Positions 23,710 to 37,685 of a stretch of DNA of 64,000 nucleotides are shown one piece after another. Numbering within the stretch: the first letter of the stretch is position 1; each line of letters begins with the position of its first letter. This stretch comes from Lytechinus pictus. Its lineage: Eukaryota. The stretch spans positions 13,704,001 through 13,768,000 of the forward strand of contig NC_087263.1 in assembly GCF_037042905.1 (NCBI RefSeq), in the 5' to 3' direction. The notes beneath the pieces are model-generated. The model was not told the origin of the DNA, searched no databases, and was given only the letters and a program-made list of their open reading frames with translations. The position numbers and the translations under genes are program-made.

Positions 23710-25205
23710 TAGTTACACCAAAACTGAATTCCCTCAAATAGGTTCAGACCAAATCAGAGTCGAATCGGTCCGGTATAGGCCCGAAATGGAGCATTATGCC
23801 AAGAATTGACCATATATGCCTCCCAAAATCCAACCGAATTGCATCCGAATATATCCCGAATGTGATTCGAATGAAATTTGTCGTGGCCACATTCGGGAGT
23901 AATTTAGAGGATATTTGGCTGTTTTTAATATTTCAAAACGAGCAGAATCCCTCCACGAATCTTCCCGACTCTCTCCCTAATTTCTCATATCCGGGGAGGG
24001 TGAACAGAACAGAATCTTCCTGTATTAATTCGGTGAGCTCCCCAAAACGGAGACGAATAAGTTCCGAATCCATCCGAATCAGGCCATTTTGGGCAGAATC
24101 GATCCGAATTTATTTGGAAGAATTCGGTTTTGGTGTAGCCCTTATTAAGAGTTACACAGGAACCGAATCATCTGTGAATCCATCTACATACACGTGTTCG
24201 GGAGGTTTCGGGAATATTCTGTTTGGCCTTCGCAAATGCGAGAAAATTCGGAAGGGATTTGGGAACATTCGATGAGGAATTCGGAAATGTTCAAAACCAG
24301 CCGACCCCCCCCCCCCCCCGTACTCCCGAATGTGACCACAACAAATTTTACTCGAGCCACATTTGGGATGTATTCGGATGACATTCGCTTGGATTAGGGG
24401 AGGCATTTTGAGTTTTCTGGGCAGGTTCGGACCATTTTTTTATATATATATCATTCTGGGCGTAACCGTCCGAGCTCGGCGCATTCGTTCCGATTCGAGT
24501 CAACATTCGGGTCGTCGTTTGGTTGTAATAAAGAGAATTCGGGACACATTCGGCTGGATTCTGGACATACATGGGTCTATTCTTGCAACTATTCGTGTTG
24601 GCATGCGACTTTATTCGGAATGGCCAAAATTGATCTGGTCCATTTTGGACGATTCTGGGCTCTATCGGGACCTATTCCGGACCCATTCTGCTCTGATTGG
24701 GAAGCTCCCCGAATCCATCCGAATCAGGCCATATTCGGGCAGAATTAGACCGAATTTATTCGGGAGAATTCGGTTTTGGTATAACACTTATTCCGAATCA
24801 AGCAGAATTGGCCTGAATGAAAGGACTATTGTTTGACCACCAGTTGGTCATTTAAATCTACTTCGAACACCGTTCGAAAATATCCCTCGAATGTTTTGAA
24901 TATGACCAAAACCTTCGGGACGGCCAAAAGAAATGACAAAAATATTTCGAATGCACTCAGAATGCAGTCAGGATATTTAGAATGCCCCTAGAATGTCCAA
25001 GAACGTAGCACGAATTATCAATCTGACTCCATTGCGGTTCATTTTGACTAGTGTATGATGATACACCTGGTCAATTTTCTGAATTTCAACTCCAGTTTGG
25101 TGAATTCATAAGTTCCTCCCAAAAATTTCTAGATTTTTTGAATATTTTTTCTTTCCAGCTTCTGCTTGATTCCTGCTGATTCCGAATAAGTGTGATGGGG
25201 GCTTT
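23710..25205. mobile_element. Cluster of CCGAAT-rich TIR elements
   Basis: TACACCAAAACTGAATTC / GAATTCGGTTTTGGTGTA inverted pair (about 23713-24137), a second similar unit to about 24790, and a third related segment to about 25205. Confidence 0.55.
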
Positions 25206-25339
25206 AATTAAACCAGGAGTGCCGTGATGTATTCATACGACTGTACTTTGCCTCTCCTCTGAAATTTTTCCCACAGTGTTTACCACAGTAGAATCCTATT
25301 CTGGTTTGTCGTCTAGACACGGGTTGCCTACTTAAAACA

Positions 25340-28267
25340 TGCTAAGCTGACCGTCTTGGAGCAGTCAATCGTTCCTCAACGAGAAATTTGAAGAAATGAA
25401 GTTGAAGACCAAGAAGATTGAAAAGAAGAACAGAGAACTAAGGGAGCAGAACATCTGTCTTCAGAAGAGGTTCAGCGAGTTGACCTTCCAGCTTAACGAT
25501 CTTGACCAGTATCACAGAAGGGTCAATTTGGTGGTGTCAGGTGTACCAGAACACCGAACCAGAACGACCGGGAGTGGGTTCCTGAAAGGATCGTACTAAA
25601 TATCGCAAAAACACATCAGCCCTAAGCTCGCAGCATCCGACTTCGTTGTGGTTCATCGGCTGGGTTCCAAGCGCCATGCTGATAACAATTCCCGTCCAAT
25701 CATCGTGCGATTCACCTCAAGACGTGCTCGGAACATCATGTATGATGGGAGACGGAAGCTGAAACCCTCAGCACAAAGGATCTTGGATACAACAACGATG
25801 GCAAGATCTACCTCAATGAAAACTTGATCGCTCCCACTAAGGAGCTAATGAAATATTTGAACAAGGCGCGCCCGCCGAGATGCCGGATACAAGTTCATGT
25901 GGACCCAGAATGGTCGAATCTATGTAAGGAAGGATGAGAAGTGTCAGCCCCTCATCATTCATTCCAGAGAGGACTTTTCCAAACTGTAGTAGGACTATCC
26001 TTCATCCATTCCATGTTATTTGATTTTCCAGTGTTCTTTTCATTTATTATGAAATTCTTGTCACAAAAATGTTTCACATCCATCAAGATCTGTGTTATTT
26101 TCCGTGGTATATTTTGCATTCTTTTACTGCCCTTTCAATAGTGTTTCAATACTAGACATTTTATGGAGGTCATTTTACTTATTTTTGTGTGCAAATATTC
26201 TGCATCGACCATTAATAATTGTATTAAATAATGTTTATTTTATTAACTATTACAACTGCAGTATTTTCCAAACTCGAATTTTTGGTCATGATGGTATCAA
26301 ATCTAAACGATGCTTTATATTCTTAGCTTACAAAGATATTATTTTAAAATGGCAATAATTATATTTCATAATGGTGGATGATATGCGTGATTTCCCCTTT
26401 TATCATCTAAATAATGATGATTTCTTATTATCTTCTTACCTTTCTTATATCATCAGATAAAAGCAATATTATCTCAAATCATCATACTCCATTTGATAGA
26501 TTTTCTACTGATATTCTTACAAATAATTTTGATGAACACACTGAATTCCTTATGCGCCCTCCCGAAATATAATATTGGTATAAACAATAGGAAAAATAAA
26601 ATTGGAGGTGGACTAGCATTATATATTCCGTCATTTGATTATGAAATTACGACATGAATTTGAATATATGAATGATATCATCGAATCCTTATAGAAGTAA
26701 AAATTCAAAAAGATAAGAAAACTCTAATAGGTGTCATCTACAGACCTCCTCAAACTTCTTGTATAGAGGATTTTTTACTTGCTACTAATGAACTTTTGCA
26801 AAACGGAGAATTGATAAATAAAAATTGTATCATCACTGGTGATTTCAATATTAATCTCTTGACCAGTAATCATTCTTTAACAAGTGACTTCCTTGAATTA
26901 ATATTAACTTCTACTTTTTTGCATATTATTACCGATCATTCTACTACGCTTACAGATAACGCAGCCTCTTCCGAAAGCTGGTATTGTAACGACAGACTCA
27001 TCCGATCATTTTCTTACTTTTATTGATATCCAAACAATGCAATTACTCGCAAAAATGGAAAACAAATATAGGATCTGTCGCAGTTTTAGTGATAGAAATA
27101 TTGAACGCCTCCAAAAGGATTTAAGCTCTTTTGATTGTTCTGACGTTTATAACTCGGAAGAGAATGTCGATGACTCATTTGACATATTTTTGAAATCTTT
27201 GAATGACTGCTTACATTATTGTGTTCATTTAAAGAAATACCAAAATTACGACTATAAACGTGTTCCAAAGCTCCCATGGGTTTCAAAATTGATATAGGTC
27301 TATCAATCAGAAAAATAATCTGTATATCAAATCCAAATGATATTTCACGGAATAGATACACGTCTTATAAAAATACCTGAACAACTACTCTCCGAATAGC
27401 AAAAAAAAAGAGGTTTTATTCAGAAAAATTACAATCATATAAAAACGATCTTAAAGATACATGGAAAACATAAAATGGGGCTCTAAACAAAATTAACAAA
27501 TCTTGTGCTGTTAATAAATCATGTGTAGATGGAAATATGGTTGAAGATACTTATTTTATAGCAAACGAATTTAATACATATTACTCTAAAATTGGACCAA
27601 AAATTAGATGGAAATATCATGCCTGTAGAAAATTCGTTTAAGGACTTCTTGGATAAACAAAATGATAGTTCAATATTTTTTACTCCAGTCCATAGACAAG
27701 AATTACTTGAGATTGTATTTAATTTGAAAGCAGAAAATACTCCTGGTTATGATGGCATTACAAATAGAGTTGTGAAAAACATTATACATTCTCTTTGGCC
27801 AGGTCCGAAAGATGAAAATAGCTAATGTTATACCCAGTTTCAAGAAGGGAGATCAATAATTACTAGTAATTACTGTTAGTGACGTTAATACTTCTAATTC
27901 CACACACTACCGTGACACATAAACCGGCCCAGTTGAGAGACCATGCAGTGTTAAATGACAAGTAGCAAGTATTATTTGATATTTATGTACAAATCACAAT
28001 CCTCTCAAAACTGTTTATTTTTTAAAGATGCATTTGTTGTTAACTCAAATGTCCATTTGTACAATAAACGGCAGAAAAATCTTATCCACCAACCACTTAC
28101 AAGAACAAATACTTCTTTGAATTATTTTGTGATAGCTTGTACAAAAGAATGGATTAAGTTACCACAAAGCTTTAGATCCAGTTCAACACTGCCCATATTT
28201 AAAAATTCATGTCGAAAATATTTATTTGAAAGATTACAAAATATCTTAAATTGATTCTTGATAAACC

Positions 28268-28306
<39 letters not shown>

Positions 28307-29439
28307 TATGTATTTTCTTATTTACTCTCTAGATTATAATTGTGAATATTTTTTCATCTCATTATTGTTGTAATGTACTTTATAAGGGGCCCCTCTCACA
28401 AGCTCTGCTTCCATGGGGTCCCAAACCTATCATGTATTCTCATTTTTGTTAACTTATTCAAATTTCGTGCCACATCATCATGTCCGAAAAGTAGGGCTCC
28501 CTCTCGAGACAACTACAAATTTCCAAAGAAAAAGTGTATCGCTTCTATCAACATAAACATTTTTTTTTTTTTTTTTTTTTTTTGCCTCTTTTTGCCAACC
28601 AAAAATAAATATATATTCCAGCAATTTACAATTCCCTCCCAATATCTTTGTAAACTTCGTTCTCAAAAATTCTTGAAAGGATAATTTATAAACGGATAGT
28701 TGTTTCCTGAAAAATATAGTGTTATATGTGATAATCAATTCGGTTTTAGAGAAAAACATAATAAAATTCGTGTTATATTGACATAAATAAATAAAATATA
28801 TACTTCTTTTGACAATTCCGATCATACCGTAGGGTTGTTCCTCGACTTCTCAAAAGCGTTTGATACAATATATCATGAAATACTATTATGTAAGCTATCA
28901 AATTACGGTATCAGAGGGACAGCTTTACAATGGATTAAGAGTTATCTTACTGATAGAATTCAGTTTGTTACAGTAAATGAATCAGAATCTCCAACAAGGC
29001 CAGTTGCCTGTGGAATTCCACAAGGTATTCTTGGCCCTTTGCTATTTGTACTTTATGTTAATGATATGAAAAATCATCTCATCATTCATCTCATGTTCTC
29101 TCATTTATTCTCTTTGCTGATGATTCCAATATTTTCTACACACATCATGATCCATATGTACTTGTGAGCACTATGAACTATGAATGCAGAATTTAAAAAA
29201 GTAACAAACTGGATTAAAGCTAACAAACTGTCATTGAATCTGCAAAAATATAATTATATGTTTTTTTAGTCATTTATTGAAACATCTGCCGCATCAAATA
29301 CTTTTAGATAATACTGAAATCAAAGAAGTGCAAACAACAAAATTTTAGGTCTTACTATTGATAACAAACTTACGTGGAATGCTCATTTCAACAATATTTG
29401 CAAAACTGTGGCAAGAATATTGGAGTCATCAATAAGCTT
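25340..29439 (+). mobile_element. Decayed CR1/L2-group LINE: ORF1, endonuclease and RT, interrupted
   Basis: ORF1 motifs DLDQYHRRVNLVVSGVPE, HRLG...RPIIVRF, IYLNENL; endonuclease GVIYRPP, ITGDFNINLL; RT FLDFSKAFDTI, GIPQG.ILGPLLF.LYVND, FADD; many frameshifts. Confidence 0.9.
27975..28480 (+). mobile_element. LINE 3' end (ORF2 C-terminus, (TG)n, 3' UTR) lying inside the RT region of the LINE above
   Basis: RQKNLIHQPLTRT...KEWIKLP and AAGGGGC...ACAAGCT...GGGGTCCCAAACCTATCAT, both shared with the LINE at 47234-48890. Confidence 0.75.
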
Positions 29440-30712
29440 AACAAGTGGAGCACCTCTGGCAGTCTCACCGGCATCACGCGATTCAATATAACAGCAGTGC
29501 TGACTTTGAAAACTAAAATAAAATATTTATTCACAAAAAGCACCATTCATGTAATGATACAATACTACGTTCATTGACAATAAATGACATTTGACCTTGA
29601 TCATGTGACCTAAGACTTGTCAGTGATACTTGATTACTCCTATATCCACATTTTATAAACTTTATCTATAAACTTTGAAAGTTTTGACAGCAATCTAATA
29701 ATTACCTCCAAAATGGCCAAAGTTAAATGACCTTAAATGACCTTTGATTTTAATCATGTGACCTGAAACTCGCATGAGATGTTCAGTGATACTTGATTAC
29801 TCTTATGTCCAAATTTTATAAACTGGATCCCTACACTTTCAGAGATGTGATGGTTATTCAACAAACACCCCCAACATGGCTAAATTCCATTGACCTTTGA
29901 CCTTGGTCATGTGACCTGAATCCAGCACAGGATGTTCAGTGATACTTGATTACTCTTATGTCCAATTTTTATGAACTAGACCAATACACTTACAGAGTTA
30001 TGATGGTAACTCAACAAATACTCCAACATGGCCAAAGTTCATTGACCTTAAATGACTTTTGACCTTGGTCATGTGACCTGAAACTAGCACAGGATCTTTA
30101 GTGATACTTGATTGCTCTTATGTCCAAGTTTCATGAAACAGATTCATAACCTTTCAAAGTTATGATGGTAATTCAACATATACCCCCAACATGACCAAAG
30201 TTCATTGACCTTTGACCTTGATCATGTGACCTGAAACTCGCACAGGATGTTCAATGATACTTGATTACTGTTATGTCAAAATCTTATGAATCAGATCAAT
30301 AAATTTTCAAAATTACGATGGTAATTCAACAGATACCCCAACATGGCAAAAGTTCATTGACCTTTGACATTGGTCATGTGACCTGATATTCGCACAGGAT
30401 GTTTAGTGATACTTGATTTTCTCTTATATTTAGGTTTCATGAATCAGATCCATAAACTTTCAAAGTTATGATCGTAATTCAACAGATACCCCCAACTTGA
30501 CCAAAATTTATTGACCCTAAATGACCTTTGACCTTGGTCATGTAACCTGAAACTCGGGCAGGATCTTTAGTAATACTTGATTAACCCTATGTCCAAGTTT
30601 CATGAACTAGGTTCATAAATTTTCTAAGTTATGCTGTCGCCGCCGCCGCCGTCGCAGTCGGAAAAGCGACGCCTATATAGTCTCACTCTGCTATATGCAG
30701 GTGAGACAAAAA
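29440..30712 (-). mobile_element. Non-autonomous Helentron/HINE-like (DINE/Pearl-type) element with an internal 124-135 bp satellite
   Basis: Sub-terminal IR GTCTCACCGGCAT (29462) / ATGCAGGTGAGAC (30695), terminal hairpin, (GCC)n, about 8 TGACCTTTGACCTTGGTCATGTGACC units, A/T-run ends. Confidence 0.7.
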
Positions 30713-31443
30713 CGTTCTTCCAACACAAGCGCTATCCATGTTGTATTGTGCAATAATTCTACCATATTAGTCCAGGATAGGCCCTATAGAAAATTGACAA
30801 AACCTTGTTTTTTCATATATACAATATTTTTATGGTTTCTTGTCAATTCGAGGGCGTGATTACGAATCTGAATGATGCCACTCGTGTAACCTTGAGCATT
30901 TTCCACAAATTGGCAAAATCCAATATGGCCGCCAAAATATGCAAATTACCCATGAAAATCATATAACTGCCAGCAGATTGGCTATACAAAGTATGTAATT
31001 GTGTTGCAGGAGTGAAATACTTTCTGAAAAAAAGATTTTTGAAAAAATATTTATTTTCTTGATATATAAAATGGCCGCCATAGACCGCTGTATTCAACGA
31101 TAGGTACAATATGAATGGGGAAAAATAATTTTCACAAAAGTGAGCACTAAATGCAAGTAATTGTGATTTTTTTGTGAACTGATGGATAAAAACATGATGG
31201 ATAAAAACATGATTGCTAACGAAATGTGTCATTTGTTATGTCATGTATGTAATAAATGAAGCATTTTAGTATTCAAAAAGCCATCAAACACCCTGACGGT
31301 ATTATGTATAATATCCAAACATTGAACACAACAGTAAGACATTGTAAGACACATTGCGCGATGCTGTGGGTTTTTTTCCCCCAGTAGATCGAGGTTGTAG
31401 GCCGGTGCATGTTTTGTTTTATTTATTTGTGCTATTCTTTCTC

Positions 31444-31584
31444 TCAAATCGATGGTGTCTTACTGCCATTCTTCAAGCATCTCAGGGTTAGGATCTTCAT
31501 GAAACTGTCCTTGAAGGCTTCGTCTGCCAGAGCGTAACATATCGGATTGACCATACTATTCATGTAGCCCCAGAATATTACCAC
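31444..31584 (-). CDS. GPCR exon 3 (TM7, NPICY, helix 8, stop)
   Basis: TTACAG acceptor, phase 0; VVIFWGYMNSMVNPICYALADEAFKDSFMKIL. Confidence 0.9.
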   Translation of the reverse strand: MVIFWGYMNSMVNPICYALADEAFKDSFMKILTLRCLKNGSKTPSI

Positions 31585-32296
31585 CTGTAATGAAACATAT
31601 ATAGAAAGAGTAGTGAAAAGAATGTCAGCGACACACAAAGTTATTTGAGATATCATACGTTCCACCCCACCTCCCCCCCCCCCCCCCACCCCCCGAATGT
31701 TACAGTCACACAATCGAAACATACTCATATTTGAAACTCTAACCAATAACAGGTCTAGAGTGTAGACTAGACGCCAAAGACTCTGTCTGTGTAAGCCAGC
31801 CACAGTACATAGTGAATTTAGTCTTACTACTTCAGACTCTGCATTAAGCACTATGTGAATTGCGAAAACCAAGGGTCTGTGCCTACATAAAAAATACCAC
31901 CGTCCGATGGGATGTCATTGAAAGTAGCGTTATAGTTTTATTCTATGTAGAGTCGTTTTCAAACTGTGACATTAGGGAGGTTTCACAACCAATACGCAGA
32001 CGCTTGCTGGAACGCTGAGAATCTATTGTCAAAAACCCTTCATGACAAAGCAGCCTTTGTAGAAAATCGGTGAATCAAGGCAGTTGTGTCGTTCTGGGCA
32101 AACGACATATTTTTCATCAGCTACAAATCTTAGGACGATCTGCAGCTGTTCCGGTTCCCACTTTTTTTTTCGGCAACGACCTCTAAGCTGTTTATTGTGA
32201 TTTAACGGACATTTTCAATACATTCACAACGTTCCAGAAAGTGTCTGCGTAGTGTTTGAGAACACTCACTGTAACAAAGGTGCTATCAACCAACCT

Positions 32297-33145
32297 GTGG
32301 GCCCAATTGCAACAGGGGTTAGATCCATTTTTTTTTTCATCAGATTTGATTTTTTTTGGGGTCTCAATGTAAAGGTTTTTAGTAGCTCTATAAGATGATA
32401 GGGAAAAAAATTTAAATTCCCATTAAATAGTGAACAGAAATGGCAAAGAAAAATCACTTTTTTTCAAAAGGGGTTGGATCCATTTCAGTTTGTTTGCAAA
32501 AGGGGCCAGATCCACAGAGGTAATTTTGGGGAAAAAATATTCTTAAAATATGGAGACAGGCAAATTTCTTTTATACCCAGCTTTATGTTCACAGGGTAGG
32601 CTATCATGACAATTTAGTTTCCCATATTTAAAGAATAGTGCAATATGGGAAAATAAAAAACATGATTTTATTGGAAAGGTCTAATGTAAATCTAAGCCCT
32701 TTTGCAAGGGTTGCAAAAGGAGTTAGATCCAGTTTTTATAAAATTTGATACTTTCTGACTCAATGTATAAATTTCTAGTCGCTCTGATGATAGGAAAAAA
32801 AAGTTTGAATTCCCATTAAAAAGTGAACAAAAATGGCAAAGAAAAATGACTTTTTTCAAAAGAGGTTAATCCATTTCAGTTTGTTTGCAAAAGGGGTTAA
32901 ATCTACAATTGTAATTTTTTGAAGAAAAAAATAATTCAAAAACATGAAGACAGGTAGATTTCTTTTATAGCCAACTTTATGTTCACATGGTAGGGTATCA
33001 TGACAAAAATAGTTTCGCATAAGAATAATGCAATATGGGAGATGAAAAACATTTTCTAGGAATGGTCTAAAATGGATCAAACCCCTTTTGCAAACAAACT
33101 CTTTACAACTATGGATCTAACCCCTTTTGCAAACAAACTTAAATA
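32297..33145. repeat. Repeat element with an internal duplication of about 400 bp and GGATCC/TTTGCAAA inverted motifs
   Basis: About 32340-32735 resembles about 32745-33100. Confidence 0.6.
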
Positions 33146-34383
33146 TAGTATATGTTCTTCAGAATCTTAGAAGAAATCAACTGCAACCAAATTCATTTCA
33201 TAAAACTCTGTTCAGTTCACGAAAATTCATATTCATAGTGAGATTATACAATACATTACTGTAACTGTTAAAAAACACCCCCCCCCCCAAAAAAAAAATG
33301 CACTAACATCTTCTTCTCCTCCTCCACCTCCTCATTCTTTTTCTATTTCTTTTTCTTTTTCTTATATTTCTAGTTCACTTTTTGTTTCACACATTACGCC
33401 AACTTTACTAATGTGGTCTCTATAGAAACATTAAACATGTTCAAGAAAAAGGGCATTTAGTAACTTTCATCGAATAAGAACTACAAGACCAAGTTTGCTT
33501 TTATAAATGGTTGAATAAGAAGGGGAGTAATTTTCTTTCCTCCTTCATTCTATTATGATATTCAACTTCTTACAAATAAACTTTTCACAAATGGGAATCG
33601 TTATGAAATTCAAAGAGCTTTCGCCTTTTGTCTAGGAAAATAGATTTGCCAGAATATTTCATAATATTGAAAATTAAATTTATTAATATCTAATAAACAT
33701 TATACCGAAGAAAATTGGTGCCATGGGCCAATAACATGTGTGACATTAAAAAAAATATGTTACCCAAATAGCGCAGGTTGTACTGAATATCATCTGATCA
33801 TACCACCTTTTTTGTAATAGAAGGAAACTAAAATGGGAGAGCCAATCTACTCGTAAAATATAAGCAATTATCATTGAAAAGCTTGACAATTAAAGTAGGG
33901 CAGTAAAGAAATGTGTCATAATGGTTTATGTCAGCCACTGAGATATTTAAAACGCTATTTTGAATGTGCCAAGAAAATCGATCACAATATATTCAGACAT
34001 ACTTTCTTATCGAAAATATTTTTTATCATACTTTTCGATGCCATTCTGATTTTCAACGATATTCGTCTAGAAATCGAATTCCGCAATTTTCTTTCTTTTT
34101 ATTTCTTTCTTTTCTTTTTTTATTTTTCTTAAGAAGCCACCAATGATACTAACAAATGTTCCGAGACTTGATAAAACAGTTTTTCCCCCTCTAAATCGAT
34201 AACAGTACGGTTGATATGGTTTTGTTGAATTTATAAGGATAAAAAGGGGTTTTATGCCCTTTTTATTCCCTTTTATAGAGATAAAATGACCTTCCGCGAT
34301 CGCATTGAAATATCAGTCACTATGCAATTATTGCCAAGAGCGCTACCAAGAGTAAAAATCAAAATTCAAACGACTGGGATTAT

Positions 34384-34982
34384 TTAATGACCAAGTCCAC
34401 CCCAACAAAAAAGTTGATTTGAATAAAAAGAGAAAAGTCCAACAAGCATAATACTGAAAAAATCATCAAAATCGCATGTAAAAAAAGAGAGTTTCGCTTA
34501 ATTTTACAAAAAAAAGTTATATGCACATTCTGGTCGGTATGCAACTGAGGAGACTGATGACATCATCCACTCACTATTTATTTTGTAGTACTAGTATATG
34601 AAAAATGAAATATTCTAATTCTTTCCTCATTATCAAGTGAAACAATAATTGATTCCTCCCTGAACATGTGGAATTGGCATTGTTTAATACTAAATGGTTC
34701 AGTCAGGTTGGTGCTTAATTGTCGAATCTGTAAAAAAAAATGAAATATTGTATAATTTAAACAATAAAAAAAATAGTGAATGAGGGACATCATCGTCTGT
34801 TTCATTTGCAAGTCACTGAGGTTGTGCATTTCACTTTTTTTGTAAAAAATAAGCGAAATTTTAAAATGTCATAACTTTCTTCTTTTTCGTCCGACTCCGA
34901 TTTTAATGAAATTTTCTGCTAGTTTAAATTTTCTCTATTTATTCAAATCAACAATTTTTTCTGGGGTGGACTTGACCTTTAA
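34384..34982. mobile_element. TTAA MITE (Kolobok-like)
   Basis: CAAGTCCACCCC...GGGGTGGACTTGACCTTTAA; same family nested at 53097-53359. Confidence 0.75.
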
Positions 34983-36230
34983 CTCTCCATACCATGACAT
35001 ATTCTCACTTTTCTACTCCTTCTGGCATCCGTGTTCATGTTACCCTAACATTATATTTGATCAAAACTGTTGAACCAAGAGGGTCGAAAATTTGTGCGTG
35101 CATAGCGTAGTCCCATACATTATTTTTCTATGTTTAGTGTCTGCGATTATCGGCAACATTAAATCATGCTTTTGCAATTCTAGTCATTTTACAGCAATGA
35201 CAATTTTTATGTGCATTAAAGAGCCGCCCCGAAAATTTGAGACTGTTTATTTTTTGTCATCTTTATCATTAATTTTAGTCCCTTTAATCTGCATCGCCTT
35301 CATTTATGAAATTAAGTTGTTATTTTTTCTCGTTATGTTTTCCCATATATGTATTCGTCGTTATGATGTTCATTGTTTTCAATTGTTATTTCCTAGTCCC
35401 CCCCCCCCCCTCCTCGGTTATACTTTTTATATCAAATATTTGCAAGAATATGATCAGCTCAATCAAAATGCGCTGATTCATTGCTTTGAACTAATTAATC
35501 GCAATTCGCTACTTTTATGTGAATCAGGTTGCTCAAGACAGAGGATCGTTCTCAGTAACAACCTGTTTTCCGGAAGTTGTAAATCCGTTTAATGGTCACG
35601 GTTTGGTTTTAATTTTGGTTTTGGTTTGGTTTTAAGTTGCAACACAACTTCTGTGTCGAACTTGTAATTGTCCCTAAAATGGTATGCGCATGCCTAAGAG
35701 AGGGACTAGCTATTCTGCGCAAATGCAATTTTTTTTTAATTAGTAACTTAAATTTGCACGGCCAATCTCAAACTATTATTAATGGTCTGCAATCAACCCT
35801 ATATACACATCAGAAAACGTATTTGATAGTCAGAAGTCAGTTCATATCTACTTCAGATCGAGTAAATACTCATCTTCAGCTGGAGTCCAATCTATATTTC
35901 GGTACAACGCGACAAAACTCGACGTTCTCCCGGCCACCTTAAGAATAATTCTATTACACGGCCTTCCTTCAGAACCAGACATGCTAGGGTAGAGCACCCC
36001 CCCCCCGCGCCTTAAAGATTTTACTGGGGATTCTACATATGTTATAAACCATACGCTGCAGCCCTGGAAATTAGGTTGGTATATGCTTAAATGTAAGATG
36101 TAGAAATATTACTCAATCCTTCGTAATTATTGTGGAGTGAAGACCTTTTTTTTTTTTTTTTTTGCTTGATAACCAAACACCACCCCCTAATTATAAAATC
36201 GTTCCCAGGACACTGATTTATGGATTGATT

Positions 36231-36270
36231 CTCCTGAAGACGACAAGAACACGCTTGTCGAAACGTCGAG
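36231..36270 (+). ncRNA. Minimal type I hammerhead ribozyme motif (Penelope-like)
   Basis: CTC-CTGAAGA-C-GACAAG(aacacg)CTTGTC-GAAAC-GTC-GAG. Confidence 0.6.
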
Positions 36271-36418
36271 TTTGGGTGGTCTTTTTCAGGACCAACAATA
36301 TCATTGCCAACGAAAGATACATGGTGTACCGTGAAACCCACTACACTCTGTGATTGTATTATGCAAGTTTAAAAACAACTTCATGGATCAACTTGCCAAC
36401 GGGCTGACATATACTTAC

Positions 36419-36534
36419 CGAATAGACGATACTCGGCACGCATGTGGGGCAAAATGGTGATGTCATTGCGACGATTACGGACGGGAACCATGCAATCCAC
36501 ATAGCAGTAACGATAAAGGCCAAGGTACGAACAC
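36419..36534 (-). CDS. GPCR exon 2 (TM6, ECL3)
   Basis: Poly-T...GAAG acceptor (phase 1), VRTLAFIVTAMWIAWFPSVIV...CPTCVPSIVYS, TCG|GTAAGT donor (phase 0). Confidence 0.85.
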
Positions 36535-36934
36535 CTTCGTATGAAAAAAAAAATAATGTCAAATAGCTAATGCTAAAACCAGAACGATGACGTCACAATA
36601 AGCCTTTTTCTATATTTATGTTTGTTTATTTTGTTTATTCATTTTTATTTCATTCTATTTGGGGGGAAATTTCAGCACTTTTCATAACATATGCCCGTGG
36701 AGCACGACACCCACAACTCAGATTTGGTACGAAATTGGTCCATATGGTTCTAACACGTAGTGTATGAATATTAACTCATTATTGTTTGGAACCAAGCCGA
36801 TTTTCGGGTATTCTTTTGACCATACCTTTCATTACCACGAACCAATTAATTCCAGATGTGGTATGTGAAGCTCCCACATCGGTGACACGAAATTTGCTCT
36901 CGAGACGTTATTGCCCTGGGCCGTATTTAGCTAC

Positions 36935-37685
36935 TATTACACCTGTACATTTTGGGGGCCCTAATAGTTCACGACTAGTTTACGCATCGAGTCCTGCTAG
37001 TTCGTTCCATGTCGTGAAGACGTGTGCGGGCCAGTGCAGAACAATGCTTAAATTGAAGCGTTGTGCCAAAATGTCTAAAATCTTGGCACGACACATTTCG
37101 GGGATTATTGGCGTGAACTATTCGTAAACTGTGCCCAACCTCGATCGTCGGGCCAAGTCGTGTCATGGCATGAGTGGCACGCATTCACGAATAATTAATG
37201 ACTAGTTCACACCTAGTTCACGACTAGTTTACGAGTAGTTTGCGACAGGTTAAACAGTAGTTTGCGCATAGTTCACGCTCGCATAAGAATTGCTCGCCTC
37301 AAGGGCATACGCAAGCGCAGTTTGGCTATATCGAACGGCAATTCATGTTCGATTTTATGTTCCAATGAATGATGATGAATTGAATGACGTGACCAATAGC
37401 CTATCCAGCATCAACTTCGACAAAGAAATATATTGGTCATGCACAATAGTCACTATTGTCCCCAGACAATTCGGCCCATGGAATGCTTTATAAGATCTGA
37501 TGCTGGATATCATAAGTACCTGATGACAGTACGCAAACTATTCGTAAATATTGCGTGATCATGTCGTGCCAATGCGTAAACTTGTCGTGAACTAGTCGGG
37601 AATATGCCACAAACCAATGACGAATTTCGTGCTCCGCATTGTCACGAATTGGCACGATATAGAATCATGGCAATGTGGGAACCCA
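36935..37685. mobile_element. Non-autonomous element rich in CACGA/TCGTG inverted motifs
   Basis: Repeated TAGTTCACGACTAGTT with an inverted AACTAGTCG counterpart. Confidence 0.45.

Noticed and set aside
23796..24836. Overlapping ORFs of up to about 160 aa
   Set aside because: They lie within CCGAAT-rich inverted repeats; no recognisable domain.
31731..31915. Segment shared in inverted orientation with about 55120-55270
   Set aside because: Most simply a dispersed repeat fragment; no evidence of function.
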